From assembly GCA_964016885.1 (NCBI GenBank), contig OZ024753.1, positions 14,384,001 to 14,448,000 of the forward strand: DNA of 64,000 bases, written 5' to 3'. A program made the position numbers and the translations under genes. Under the pieces are notes generated by a model that saw nothing but the letters and a program-made list of their open reading frames with translations, did not search any database and was not told the origin of the DNA. The DNA is from Eledone cirrhosa (Eukaryota). Shown one piece after another: positions 1 to 14,213 of this stretch; the first letter of the stretch is position 1, and the number at the start of each line of letters is the position of its first letter.

Positions 1-524
1 TGCGACTTTTTAGTCCAGCCAGCGACTTGAAAACTCTGGTACAAACACTACACTTGTGACAATTATTGACACATAGTGCTAGGCCCATGGTACCATATGA
101 CGACAAGTGCAGAGAGATCTCCAGATATAAAGCAATGCCTGTGCCGTGAAGCTTTTATAGTGAGCAAAGGCACTGCACAAAACCAGTCCCACTCTCTTAA
201 CCAAGATGATATTTACCAAAAAGAAGAACAAGTCAACATCATTGGATACCATTAGGGTTGCAGGTGTTATATCAGAGTTTTCCTTCTCCTAGAATTCTGC
301 CTTGACAAAGGCTAAGGGGTCATCTCTCCCGGTGATTTTGGATGGCCATTGACTCTTAAGAGCTCCTTTGCCCTTTGACAGGTTTTGTTTTTAGTCCTGC
401 AGGATGTCCAAAGTCACCCTCCTCACCAAGAAACCTTGGTGGGGTTGCCAGTTTAGTCGCCAATGACCCGACCATGAGACAGGTTGTACTGGGATACATG
501 TTACCAGTAGCACCACTGGTGACC
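1..524 (-). mobile_element. 5' region of an RTE-like LINE family (runs off the window's left edge)
   Basis: 1-~320 is a near-identical inverted copy of 16993-17310; taggagaaggaaaactctgat motif; related copy at ~48620-48790; starts at a TA tract at 524. Confidence 0.55.
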
Positions 525-780
525 TATATATACATACCTATATATATACATACATATAAGTTAAAACAATGAAATAAAAAATCAATTCATTAGAGATATA
601 CTTCACTGCTTTACGATCGTTTCTAGATGATAATAAATCAATGTTTATCATTGATAGACCAACGGTCAAAAATACAGATATAAATATATATAAATCGTCA
701 ATCAAAGTTCTTTCGATGCACATATGAAACATCATCAGTGGTACTATTATGTTCTCTCGTATTGTATTGTAATTTCTATT

Positions 781-1122
781 TTTATTTTATTTATTTATTA
801 CTACTTGTCTCAGTCTCTGCGCATGCGTTTGCATGTGTGTATAATGTTTGGCGTTCGTAAGAAGACCAAATTTAAACAGAGAAAATGAATGGAATAACAA
901 CAACCATAGCCAAACAAACAACACTGACTTAAGGGAAATATAAATAGATAAATAAATATATACACAAATACAATAAAAACAAACACATATAAACACATAC
1001 TAGTATACAAAGATAGAATAGGAAAACAAACACCCATACACTCAAACGCGAACACACACACACCCAAACGCATGCGCAGAGACACAGAGAAGAAGAAATA
1101 AATAAATAAATACAATAAAATT
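781..1122. promoter_or_regulatory. Imperfect inverted repeat with NRF1/ewg-like GCGCATGCG motifs
   Basis: gtctctgcgcatgcgttt (813-830) and its exact reverse complement (1066-1083), with looser matching flanks. Confidence 0.4.
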
Positions 1123-1679
1123 TTCAATTGGTATTGGAACGATCAGGTGAGAATTAGTGGCAGAAAACAACAACAACTTTAAGAAATCTTCAAAAACAAT
1201 CTTGGAACAAAGAAAGAATGCAGTAAATCAAAGCAAAAATTAATAAAAAACAAAAAACAACAACAACAACAACAAACAGTGTGATATGAGATAGGACGGG
1301 GTGGGGGAATATCACACAAAGGGCGGAGATGTTGAAGTAATAATAACAACAAGAATAATAACGATAATAACGAACATTATTATTATAACTATTATTATCA
1401 TTATTATTATTATTATCATTATTATTATTATTATTAGTAGTATTTCTAAATGATACTGGGGAGCAGGGGCAGGGGCAGTGGCTGTGGAATGAGGGAGAGG
1501 TGTGTGTACATTTGTTTTTTTCTTAAGGAAAACAATGGTTGGTTGGGAAGGAACGACAGAGCCGGGTGCGTGGGTGGCGGCAATACATACTTAAGATGGC
1601 TGTTGCTGTTGATGTACTTCATGTTATGCTCCTCCCAGTTCGGAACAAAACAAATATATAGTTACATTCACACACACAC

Positions 1680-1680
<1 letters not shown>

Positions 1681-1740
<60 letters not shown>

Positions 1741-2077
1741 TATGTGTATGTATTTTATATATATATATTTATATGAATATATGTGTATGTATTTTATATA
1801 TATATATTTATATTTATATGAATATATGTGTATGTATTTTATATATATATATATTTATATGAATATATATGCATGTATTTTATATATATATATTTATATG
1901 AATATATATGCATGTATTTTATATATATATATTTATATAAATATATATGAATATATATGAATATATATATATTTATATATATATATATATATATATATGA
2001 ATATATATGAATATGAATATATATATATTTATATATATATATATATATGAATATATATATATTTATATATATATATA

Positions 2078-2111
<34 letters not shown>

Positions 2112-3544
2112 TATATATATATATGAATATATATATATATGAATATATATATATATGAATATATATATATATGAATATAAATATCTATATATCTCTATAT
2201 ATATATATAAATATATATATGAATATATATATATGAATATATATATATATGAATATAAATATCTATATATCTCTATATATATATATAAATATATATATGA
2301 ATATATATATATGAATATATATATATATGAATATAAATATCTATATATCTCTATATATATATATAAATATATATATGAATATATATATATGAATATATAT
2401 ATATATGAATATAAATATCTATATATCTCTATATATATATATAAATATATATATGAATATATATATATGAATATATATATATATGAATATAAATATCTAT
2501 ATATCTCTATATATATATATATATAAATATATATATGAATATATATATATGAATATATATATGAATATAAATATCTATATATCTCTATATATATATAAAT
2601 ATATATATGAATATATATATATGAATATATATATATATATGAATATAAATATCTATATATCTATATATATATATGAATATATATATGAATATATATATAC
2701 ATATATATGAATATATATATAAATATATATATACATATATATGAATATATATATATATAAATATATATATACATATATATAAATATATATATACATATAT
2801 ATAAATATATATATACATATATATAAATATATATATACATATATATACATATATATATGAATATATATATATATGAATAAATATATACATATATATATGA
2901 ATATATATATATGAATATATATATGAATATATATATATGAATATATATGAATATATATGAATATATATATGAATATATATATGAATATATATATGAATAT
3001 ATATATGAATATATATATGAATATATATATGAATATATATATGAATATATATGAATATATATATGAATATATATGAATATATATATATATATGAATATAT
3101 ATATATATATATGAATATATATATATATATGAATATATATATATATATATGAATATATATATATATATATGAATATATATATATATATATGAATATATAT
3201 ATATATATATGAATATATATATATATATATGAATATATATATATATATATGAATATATATATATATATATGAATATATATATATATATATGAATATATAT
3301 ATATATATATATATATGAATATATATATATATATATATGAATATATATATATGAATATATATATGAATATATATATATATATATATATATGAATATATAT
3401 ATATAAATATATATATATATGAATATATATATGAATATATATATATATATGAATATATATATGAATATATATATATATATGAATATATATATGAATATAT
3501 ATATATATGAATATATATATATATGAATATATATATATATATGA

Positions 3545-3576
<32 letters not shown>

Positions 3577-3619
3577 GAATATATATATATATATATATGA
3601 ATATATATATATATATATG

Positions 3620-3653
<34 letters not shown>

Positions 3654-3988
3654 CATAGATATATATATATATAATGTATATATATTTATATATATACATA
3701 CATATATATGGATATATATACGTATATATATACATGTATAGTGTATATATACATAATACATATGTATATATATATATATATATATATACACGTATATATA
3801 TACATGTATAGTGTATATATACATAATACATATGTATATATATATATATATATATACGTATATATATATAATACATATATATATATATACGTGTTTATAT
3901 GTGTGTATATACATATATATATATACACGTGTTTATATGTGTGTATATACATATATATATATATATACATACATATATATATATACGT

Positions 3989-4030
<42 letters not shown>
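1681..4030. repeat. (TA)n array with GAA/CA variant units
   Basis: Directly visible; (TG)n run follows at ~4510-4680. Confidence 0.95.
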
Positions 4031-4322
4031 GTTTATATGTGTGTATATACATATACATGATTACATATACATATAAGTATACATTCATACACAAACAAAA
4101 ATCTCTCCCACGCAAAAACACACATATATGTATGTACAGCTTACTTATTATGTATGTATGTGAATATGTATAAGAATCTGCACGCATCTATATTCATACA
4201 CATGTATACATAAACAACTCTAGAAACACACCAATATATACAAACACATTCATATATATATATATGCACACGCACATTCATATATATATATATATATATG
4301 TGTGAGTATGCGCGTGTGTGTG

Positions 4323-4362
<40 letters not shown>

Positions 4363-4517
4363 TATTCCATCCTCCTGTTCGTTTTTTGGTTTCTTTTATA
4401 TATATATATATGTGTGTGTGTGTATGTATATATGTATATATATATATATATATATGTGTGCGTGTGTATGTATATATATATGTGTGCGTGCATGTATGTA
4501 TGCATATATATGTGTGT

Positions 4518-4642
<125 letters not shown>

Positions 4643-5147
4643 GTGTGTGTGTATGTGTGTGTGTGTGTATGTGTGTGTGGTTGCATGTCTTTGATTGCAT
4701 GTTTTATGTTTTTATAAGAATTTAAAAATATCTTCACCTTTTTTACAATGCGTATTTCGTAAACTTTGTCCACCCTTTTTGGCTTTCGTCCCGTACCCCC
4801 CCCCCCCACTTGCCAATTTGTATACCCCTACCCCAGGTGGTTCAGGTATTCCAGGTATGTTACCATTAATTAATATAAAACATGCTGTAATTGTTGAACG
4901 CAGAATAACAACGGTCGGCTTCTCAATCATATTTTAGTCTGCTGAAACTAAATGCAACAACATGGGAAAATCTGGTTGATCTTAAAGACGAATTGGCAGA
5001 AAATCTCAAAGATTTTTTTTGTCCCTTCCAGAATATTTGTCTTTAATTCACGACATAAAAGAAATACGTCAATTATTTACAAATTTCACCAATTTTGTTT
5101 CTAAACATTACTTCAACAACGAAATAAAAATAAAAAATATTGAAAAA

Positions 5148-5187
<40 letters not shown>

Positions 5188-5324
5188 GAAAACAAAAGAA
5201 TTAAAAATCAAGTGAAAGTGTCCTCAACTCAAGCGTAACCATTTGAAACCGAAGCGAGACCTTCATCAAGTCAAGCGAAAAAAGCAGCGATTCAAACGAC
5301 TTCTTCAGCAAATCAAGCAGAAAT

Positions 5325-5416
5325 ATGGCAAGACCTAAAATGTCTGATGTTATTGGATCAACATTCAGTCGCATGATGGTTGCAATTGTCGTTATACCCC
5401 TCTTGAATCATTTAAG
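5325..5416 (+). CDS. Exon 1 (signal-peptide-like leader) of a putative secreted EGFR-ectodomain-like Cys-rich protein
   Basis: ATG at 5325 (aaatATGg); MARPKMSDVIGSTFSRMMVAIVVIPLLNHL+AG, then donor AG|GTATGA. Phase 2 joins exon 2 in frame (AG+A=Arg), giving hydrophobic MMVAIVVIPLLNHLRIVTG-A. Confidence 0.7.
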
Positions 5417-5479
5417 GTATGATATATATCTATTTATATACATACTCATATATACACACTTGGACATACAGAGACGCAT

Positions 5480-6680
5480 AGATACACGGAGACAGATTCA
5501 TACAAAGACACACGCAACAGACAGATATATACACACATACAGATAAACATATAGACACACATACAGATAAACATATAGATACAGATTTTCATACAAAGAC
5601 ACACGCAACAGACAGATATATACACACATACAGATAAACATATAGACACACATACAGATAAACATATAGACACAGATTCATTCAAAGACACACGCAACAG
5701 ACATATATACACACATACAGATAAACATATAGACACACAGAGAGATTCATACAAAGACACACGCAACAGACGTATATATACACACATACAAATAAACATA
5801 TAGACACACAGACAGATTCATACAAAGACACACGCAACAGACACATATATACACACATACAGATAAACATATAGACACACACGCAACAGACATATATATA
5901 CACACATACAGATAAACATACAGACACACAGACAGATTCATACAAAGACACATGCAACAGACATATATATACACACATACAGATATCCATATAGACACAC
6001 AGACAGATTCATACAAAGACACACGCAACAGACATATATATACACACATACAGATAAACATACAGACACACAGACAGATTCATACAAAGACACACGCAAC
6101 AGACATATATATATACACACATACAGATAAACATATAGACACACAGACAGATTCATACAAAGACACACGCAACATACATATATATACACACATACAGATA
6201 TCCATATAGACACACAGACAGATTCATACAAAGACACACGCAACAGACATATATATACACACATACAGATAAACATACAGACACACAGACAGATTCATAC
6301 AAAGACACACGCAACAGACAGATATATACACACATACAGATAAACATATAGACACACAGACAGATTCATACAAAGACACACGCAACAGACACATATATAC
6401 ACATAAACATATAGACACAGACAGATTCATACAAAGACACACGCAACAGACAGATATATACACACAAACAGATAAACATATATACACACAGACAGATTCA
6501 TACAAAGACACACGCAACAGACAGATATATACACACATACAGATAAACATACAGACACACAGATTCATACAAAGACACACGCAACAGACATATATATACA
6601 CACATACAGATAAACATATAGACACACAGACAGATTCATACAAAGACACACGCAACAGACAGATATATATATACATACAC
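5480..6680. repeat. ~70-bp minisatellite just inside intron 1
   Basis: Unit like acagacagattcatacaaagacacacgcaacagacatatatatacacacatacagataaacatatagacac, repeated more than 14 times. Confidence 0.95.
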
Positions 6681-8282
6681 ATTGAAATAGATGCAGGCAA
6701 GCAGAGAGAGAGAGAGAGAGAGAGAGAAACACAGACATACACACCAAACAGACACATACATATACACACAAACACAGACTCATACACACACAGCAGACAC
6801 TGACACTCAGATATACATATATATATAGAGAGAGAGACTCACAGACACATACAATCACCCAGACACTGTATTTTTCTAAAATTATATTTTACAACTTATA
6901 AACTTTCAACCATATTTTTACCTATCAGAGATCAATTTCTGTTAACTTTTCAAGAAAAGATGAATGAACAAAAATCCTGCTTCTTTTTAATTTTTAATGT
7001 TTTCGTAAATGTTTTCCTAAATTAATATTTGCTGCAAGGAAGATTGTAAATGAAAATTTATTTTAGATATTTTTTTAATTTATTTTTAAAATTGTGATTT
7101 GAAATCAACATGTATTCCGTTTTTCGGTGAATTTTAGAGAAATATTCTTATTTTGAAAAACTTAATGAAATACTTATTATAAATCAAAGTAGTAGATAAT
7201 CTAATTGAATTGACTTATTTCATCAATTAGTTAGAAGGATGGGTTATGTCTGTGACTCATTTAAGGGCCCCGCAGACAAGTAAAGGATGAAAATAAGGTA
7301 TTCTTTAACCCGGACACCTGCTCAGAATATTTTAGATAGAATAAACTACGACGAAGGCACCCAAGAAACACGTAGTGGTGTTAAACCAGACGACGAGTTA
7401 ATTCTACAATCCACGTAGAACACTGTAAAGAGCCAGCACAAATGACATTCTGACGTTTCAGTTAGTTTACCGTCCTGTAAATTATTAACCCCAATAAGAT
7501 GAATAGCAAAGTTGATGACGGCAACAGAGAACTGAAACAAATATCGGAAGCTTTTAAATTTAAATGAAGCTTTAACGACACTCAGTTCATCCCAAAACCG
7601 AAATTTAAACGAAGATTTAACGACACAACCAGTTCATCCCAAAACTGAAATGTAAGTTCATAATTCAAAAACTTGAACTCATAATTCAGTTAACGCCAAT
7701 AACTGAATTAAGATTCGATTTGTTAAAATATAAATTCTTGAATGTCCCACCTCTCTACGTTTGATTTCAGTTTTATGAAGGTATCTCAAAAGACATCCAC
7801 CTCAAATCACTCCACAAAGAAAGACTAAATGCCAGTAGGTACATGAGCTAATGTGGATCTGATCTCGAAATATTTTTGACTCTCCTGCAGTCCAAGAAAA
7901 TCTATTTTACCTATCAGCAACTTCTTTGTTTCTTTTGATTATGGTTTATAATTTATGCACTAAGCTAACAGACTGAGGAATGACGGAATGAACGTCAGTA
8001 GTTGATTGGTACTTTCTTTAATCTTACTGTCCCAATCACTAACTGCACATACATTTCGAAGAAGAGTGCCAATGACCTGTTCAGGCTCTCTCACAGTGTT
8101 CAGATTGATTTCGTGTATGATTAGCCGAAGATCTATTAATCAAAACGTCACCCCTTCACACAGCTCAAACTTCACAAGACTCTCTCACAGTGCTCAGATT
8201 AATCTCGTGTCTGATCAGCTTAAACATTTGGTAGTCAATGACTGCATGAAAATATGTAGAAGATAAAGGAGAATCCAGAAGG

Positions 8283-8545
8283 CTGACTCTATAGAGAGAT
8301 AGGATTGTGTCTGAATAAAGTGTAAGGTTGACTCCGTAGATAGACAGGATTATGTCTGAAGAAATTGTAATGTTGACTCTGTAGAGACAGGATTATGTCT
8401 GAAGAAATTGTAATGTTGACTCTGTAGAGACAGGATTATGTCTGAAGAAATTGTAATGTTGACTCTGTAGAGACAGGATTTGTCTGAAGAAATTGTAATG
8501 TTGACTCTATAGAGAGACAGTATTACGTCTGAAGAAAGTGTACGG
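8283..8545. repeat. 43-bp tandem repeat (~6 copies)
   Basis: gttgactctgtagagacaggattatgtctgaagaaattgtaat; no unique spacers. Confidence 0.9.
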
Positions 8546-8635
8546 ATCCTAGAAACGATAGTTTAGCCAGTCTTGGTGTTTTCTGTTTACAGTAATGTTT
8601 TAAAAGCAAAGGACAGATTTTACGATTGTCTAATG

Positions 8636-8837
8636 CAGGGATGTCAAACTGAGGGTCCCTCGAAGGCCCCATGGGTCACATATGTGTTGTCTGGGGGCCA
8701 CACATAACTAATTGTGCACATTACAACTAATATTTTTATTTTATATTACGCTCGCGCTGTAAAAACCTTTGTGCGGGCCGCAAATGTGCTCGTAAAGGGC
8801 TGCATGTGGCCCGGGAGCCGCATGTATGACATACCTG
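8636..8837. mobile_element. hAT (Charlie-like) MITE
   Basis: TIRs cagggatgtcaaac / gtatgacatacctg; 8-bp TSD gtctaatg/gtctaacg; related to 47185-47357. Confidence 0.8.
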
Positions 8838-9075
8838 GTCTAACGTATCTAAATAATCTTAATTCATTTATACAGTGACGGCTAAAATATATAGCTCTGT
8901 TACGAAACGTCAAGAACATTTTCGATTGGTTATTAAAATATTCATGTCTTGTTTTTAGGGTCACACACACATATGCAAACACACAGACAGACACACACTC
9001 ACTCACAAATTCACATATACATATATATTCATTTTATTAAGGCTAAATAGTGATCACAGGGTTATCAAACAAGAG

Positions 9076-9118
9076 CTGATGACCCTGTGATGCACAGGCG
9101 AAACTCCGGAGTAACAAG
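9076..9118 (+). ncRNA. Hammerhead ribozyme motif (type I; 5' stem I displaced by a local inversion)
   Basis: CTGATGA c cctgtg-atg-cacagg c GAAA ctccggag TA acaag; palindromic ACTCCGGAGT; the inverted partial copy at 9055-9073 retains cttgt, complementary to acaag. Confidence 0.65.
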
Positions 9119-9391
9119 CCTCACTGCTTAACCACAATAAAATGAATATTTAAACTCTACTTCGATAATGTACGTCTTTCTCTCAGCCGTCAACCACATA
9201 CGGATATATATATATATATTATATATATATATATATATATAATATATAAAATCAAGCAAAAGGGATATTTAATTTGTTGGTAATTCAACAAATATATATG
9301 TTTATAATTGATTCGAAGCACTCGACAAGTTTTCTGGAGTATAATATAAATGATATTAAATAAATGGAAACTATATTTATAAAACCATATT

Positions 9392-9452
9392 TATTCTATT
9401 ATATATATTTCAATGGTACCAAAACTTTGGTACGCTCTCATCAGATAAAATA
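9392..9452 (-). ncRNA. Hammerhead ribozyme motif
   Basis: tattttat CTGATGA gagc gtaccaaa-g-ttttggtac catt GAAA tatata TA atagaata. Confidence 0.65.
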
Positions 9453-9516
9453 CAAAGTTTGTTTTATAAATATTGACGTATCCAGGAAGAAGATCTTAAC
9501 GGCTCAAGTTTTTCCT

Positions 9517-9547
<31 letters not shown>

Positions 9548-9650
9548 CTTGGAGTGTAACGTGTAGTTACTGTAGGTTCACCCAGGTGAGCACTCCATCT
9601 TTAGGTTCACGTCAGTGGCGAGGTGCAGAGCTAGACAGAGTGTAATATAA

Positions 9651-9834
9651 TAATTGTTTCTACGTTTGGGACAAGGCCAGAAATTATACTCAGTACATTA
9701 CTGGTACTTTATTCTATCGACCCCGTAAGGATGAAAGGCAAAGTTAACCTCGACGGGATTTGAACTCAGACCGTAAAAGGACGTAACTATGCTGGAAAGC
9801 ATGGCGTCCAGCCCTCTACCGGTACTGCCAATTC
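9651..9834 (-). mobile_element. tRNA-derived SINE (family A)
   Basis: Minus-strand A-box-like tggcagtaccggt and B-box gagttcaaatcc; same family at 15474-15655 and 45521-45980. Confidence 0.8.
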
Positions 9835-10231
9835 ACAGAGTGTAATATTTTAATATAAGGACGATTTGCTAAACCTTCATTACGTTTATTGATTGGTGAC
9901 GCACGTTTCGCTATTTATCAGCTCAAGGTTCGATCTGTATCGAACATTCTTTAACATATATATATATAAGTCTTAAGTCTGTCTCAAGCCCGGAGGCTCG
10001 TCAGGCCCGGTGTTTATCCTAGTCTCCATGGCTTTAAGCGACTGAGAGTACAAGACACCCCCTGAACAGGACGCCAGTCAATCGCAGGGTTAAACCCCCA
10101 GCTATTGTTGGTACTCATTTACAGTTGAGTGTACTGGGGCAACTTCAAATGAAATGTTTTGCTGAAGAACACAACATACAATCCAGTCCAGCAATTGAAC
10201 CCACGGTGTTACTACTAGGTCACGTGCCTAC

Positions 10232-10294
<63 letters not shown>

Positions 10295-10447
10295 GTATAT
10301 ATATATATTTGTTTTGCGAGGTTTTTGATATGAAATCGTGTGTCGAAACAAATATTGTCATACTTGGGGAGGGTCATATTGTTGTAATAATATTGCCAGA
10401 AAGATGGCGTAAATATACAATACAACAGGAGGAACATAATAGCACCA

Positions 10448-10481
10448 CTGACGATGTTGCAGATGTGCAACGAAAGAACTA
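10448..10481 (+). ncRNA. Hammerhead core ending at its cleavage triplet
   Basis: CTGACGA t gttgca-gatg-tgcaac GAAA gaac TA, then a TA tract; no 3' stem I strand. Confidence 0.5.
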
Positions 10482-10670
10482 TATATATGTGTTTATATCT
10501 ATATTATATCTGTATTTTTGACCGTTGGTCAGTCAATGGTAAACATTGAGGACCGAATGAATTAACTGATATAAAAGATACAGAAGCGAAAACCAACCAA
10601 ACAGTGAGTGTGTTCTGTTATTAATTCTGGCAATATTATTACAACAATATGAATGACCCTCCCCAAGTAT

Positions 10671-10725
<55 letters not shown>

Positions 10726-10753
10726 ATCAAAAGATGGTTAAAAGAGTTCCAAG

Positions 10754-10821
10754 TATTTTATTATGCGCATTTCAAAAACAAATATCATGGGATGATATCT
10801 GCGTTCTCATCAGATAAAATA
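10754..10821 (-). ncRNA. Hammerhead ribozyme motif (inverted copy)
   Basis: Reverse-complement counterpart of 11800-11870. Confidence 0.65.
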
Positions 10822-11799
10822 GGGATACATGATATGAAGCTTTAAAAACACTTGTGAATAGTGAAGTTTTAAATCAACATATGAAAAATAATTTAAGATT
10901 GATGTATGAGATTGGGAAAAAGTGAGGGGAGGTTGGAAAAGGTAAGGAAGAGGAGGAGATGAGAGTAAAGAATGGTGGGGGATGAGTATAAGAAGGAAGG
11001 ATGAAAGAGGAGGAGAGATGGGTGATAGAGAGAGAGAGATAGCCTCTACAACTGAGAAAAAATAGATATTGTCTCACAGAGAGAAGTTAAAAAGCCGTTG
11101 GAAGATAATAGATAATTTAAAAGAATTTGAAATTAAAAGTTAATGAGGTTTATGCATGAAGAGAAAAAGGAATTAAGAATAATATTAAATTAAGGTTTGT
11201 ATATTGCGCTCATTTTTAAACAAACTATTTACGTACACATATTACGTACACATATTACATTACATAAAAACACATTTAAACCCTAACTAATTCCTCTAAA
11301 TTCATAACTCATTCATTCTGCTCCTTTTCACATTATATCCTTAATAACATTAATATTTTTATTATAATAATACATATTAATAATTTCTTTTCCTCGCACA
11401 TATTATTAAACCCTTCAATATACAAATCTTAATTTAATATTATTCTTAATTTCTTTTTCTCTTCATGCATAAACCTCATTAACTTTTAATTTCAAATTCT
11501 TTTAAATTAACTATTATCTTCCAACAGCTTTTTAACTTCTCTCTGTGAGACAATATATATTTTTTCTCAATTGTAAAGGCTATCTCTCTCTCTTTATCAC
11601 CCATCTCTCCTCCTCTCTCCTCCTTCCTTCTTATACTCATCCCCCACCATTCTTTACTCTCATCTCCTCCCCTTCCTTACCTTTTCCAACCCCCCTCACT
11701 TTTTCCCAATCTCATACATCAATCTTAAATTATTTTTCATATGTTGATTTAAAACTTCACTATTCACAAGTGTTTTTTAAGCTTCATATCATGTATCCC

Positions 11800-11870
11800 T
11801 ATTTTATCTGATGAGAACGCAGATATAATCCCATGATGATATTTGTTTTTGAAATGCGCATAATAAAATA
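11800..11870 (+). ncRNA. Hammerhead ribozyme motif
   Basis: tattttat CTGATGA [long stem II] GAAA tgcgca TA ataaaata; 8-bp stem I; palindromic ATGCGCAT. Confidence 0.7.
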
Positions 11871-11992
11871 CTTGGAACTCTTTTAACCATCTTTTGATCT
11901 TATATTATTTATACTCCAGTCCTACAAACTGTAGAGTGCTACTTATCCGATATTTGCATTGCTTTATTGTGCTACAATAAAACTCACCTCCT

Positions 11993-12036
<44 letters not shown>

Positions 12037-12161
12037 TATTTATTAGTTATGAAATAAACAACATAAGATAACTATTTCATTTACCAGTTGTTTCTTGAAA
12101 GCAACCAAAATTGCTTTCATTCATCAGAATGAAAAAATCCTGGTGTCTTTATTGACAGTAT

Positions 12162-12460
12162 GAAAAATATTCTCATAATCAAAATATATATTTTATTATA
12201 CATATTTCAAGGGTACAATTGTGTTTAAGTACGTTTTCATCAGATAAAATATACGAGAGATTTGATATGCGACATACCGCTACGCATTTTATTATTCAAT
12301 TCCAATAGTGGCAGTATTGGAATTGAATAATAAAAACCGTAGCGGTATGTCACATATCAAATCTCTCGTATATTTTATCTGATGAAAACGTACTTAAACA
12401 CCATTGTACCCTTGAAATATGTATAATAAAATATATATTTTGATTATGAGAATATTTTTC
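12162..12460. repeat. ~146-bp-arm fold-back palindrome with an HHR in each arm (12187-12253 -, 12369-12435 +)
   Basis: 7-nt loop at 12308-12314; tatattttat CTGATGA...GAAA tatgta TA ataaaatata. Confidence 0.85.
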
Positions 12461-12582
12461 GTTTATTAATATTTTGAATAATATTAAATACTCCATGAAA
12501 ATCGGCTGTCGAGTGCTTCTAATCTATTGTAAAATTGTATTCGTTGAGTAATCAACGAACCATATGAATCTTTGGTTATATA

Positions 12583-12669
<87 letters not shown>

Positions 12670-12844
12670 ATCCTTGTAGTTAATATCAACGGTTACTATA
12701 TAAGCCTGGTTACCATGACAATAACGACACTCCCTAACAACACCCGCCCCGCCCCCTCACTCACTCAAACCGCCACCATGAAGATGGTAATAACATCGTC
12801 ATCACCATGACCGACTTTCATATATATAGCTCGTATATATCACC

Positions 12845-13425
12845 ATACTGCACACAACTACCAGCACCGTCGTCACCGCCACCACCACCACCACCACGGC
12901 TATCACCACCAACATCCCCACCACCACCATCATAAACCATCATCACCACTATCATCACTACTACCTCCACCACTACCACCATCGTCACCACCACCACCAC
13001 GGCTATCACCACCATCACCAACATCCCACCACCACCACCACCACTACCACCACCACAACCACCACCATCACTACTATCTCCACCACTACTATCGTCGTCA
13101 CCACCACCACCACCACCACTACTACTATCGTCGTCACCACCACCACTACTACTATCGTCGTCACCACCACCACTACTATCGTCGTCACCACCACCACCAT
13201 CACGGCTATCACCACCACCATCACCAACATCCCCACCACCACCACCACTACTACCACCACAGCCACTATCATCACTACTACCCCCACCACTACCACCGTC
13301 GTCACCACCACCACCACCACGGCTATCACCACCACCATCACCAACATCCCCACCACCACCACCACCACTACCACTACCACCACTATCATCACTACTACCT
13401 CCACCACTACCACCTCCATCCCCCA
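12845..13425. repeat. (CAC/ACT/ATC) trinucleotide-rich tract
   Basis: Directly visible; source of the Gly/Val-rich pseudo-ORFs. Confidence 0.9.
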
Positions 13426-13579
13426 TCATACATATTCATTATATATATACATATATACACTTACACCCACTTATACATATATACACTTACACCCACTTTT
13501 ATCCATGCATACACACACATATATACATACATACACACGCACATATACACTGACACATATATACACACATATATATACA

Positions 13580-13850
13580 CATACACACTCGTACATACAC
13601 ACACTCGTACACACACACACACTCGTACACACACACTCGTATACACACACTCGTACATACACACACTCAAACATACACACACTCGTACATACACACACTC
13701 GTACATACACACACTCGTACATACACACACTCGTATACACACTCGTACATACACACACTCGTACATACACACACTCGTACATACACACACTCGTACATAC
13801 ACACACTCGTACATACACACACTCGTACATACACACACTCGTACATACAT
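13580..13850. repeat. 14-bp minisatellite (acacactcgtacat)
   Basis: Directly visible. Confidence 0.9.
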
Positions 13851-14213
13851 ACCCATACATAGATTATACGAAGGCCACCATTCACCATCGAAGTGAGTAG
13901 TATGTTAAGCAAAAATGTTAAAATATTTAGAATCCGTGGTGTAGTAAAGTAGCAGAGCAGATTTGATTCATAGACTTCTAACAAAACCTGCCCACCTACA
14001 TATTGTCATCGGTACATCCCAGCTAACATAACCCTTTTCTACCCGCTTCTCTTCATTCAACTTTACCACCCGTATCTATTGTAGGACTTAACTAATTCTC
14101 CATCCTTTACCTACTCCACCATTGCACGTGTTTTGATGTTTAACAGATGTACAAATAGATGTCAAAACATATGTGTGTCTGTGTGTCTGTGTGTGTGTGT
14201 ATATATATTATAT

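Larger units (their letters stand above)
10718..11905. mobile_element. PLE-like terminus as a long inverted repeat (arms ~10718-11206 and ~11417-11905)
   Basis: ~490-bp reverse-complement arms, each with an HHR; third copy at ~40530-40695. Confidence 0.75.

Noticed and set aside
8283-8545. CRISPR-like 43-bp periodicity
   Set aside because: Head-to-tail repeats without unique spacers; eukaryotic DNA; no cas genes.
12818-13429. Gly/Asp/Ser-rich 203-aa ORF
   Set aside because: Trinucleotide repeat tract; the overlapping frame gives poly-Val; no gene context.
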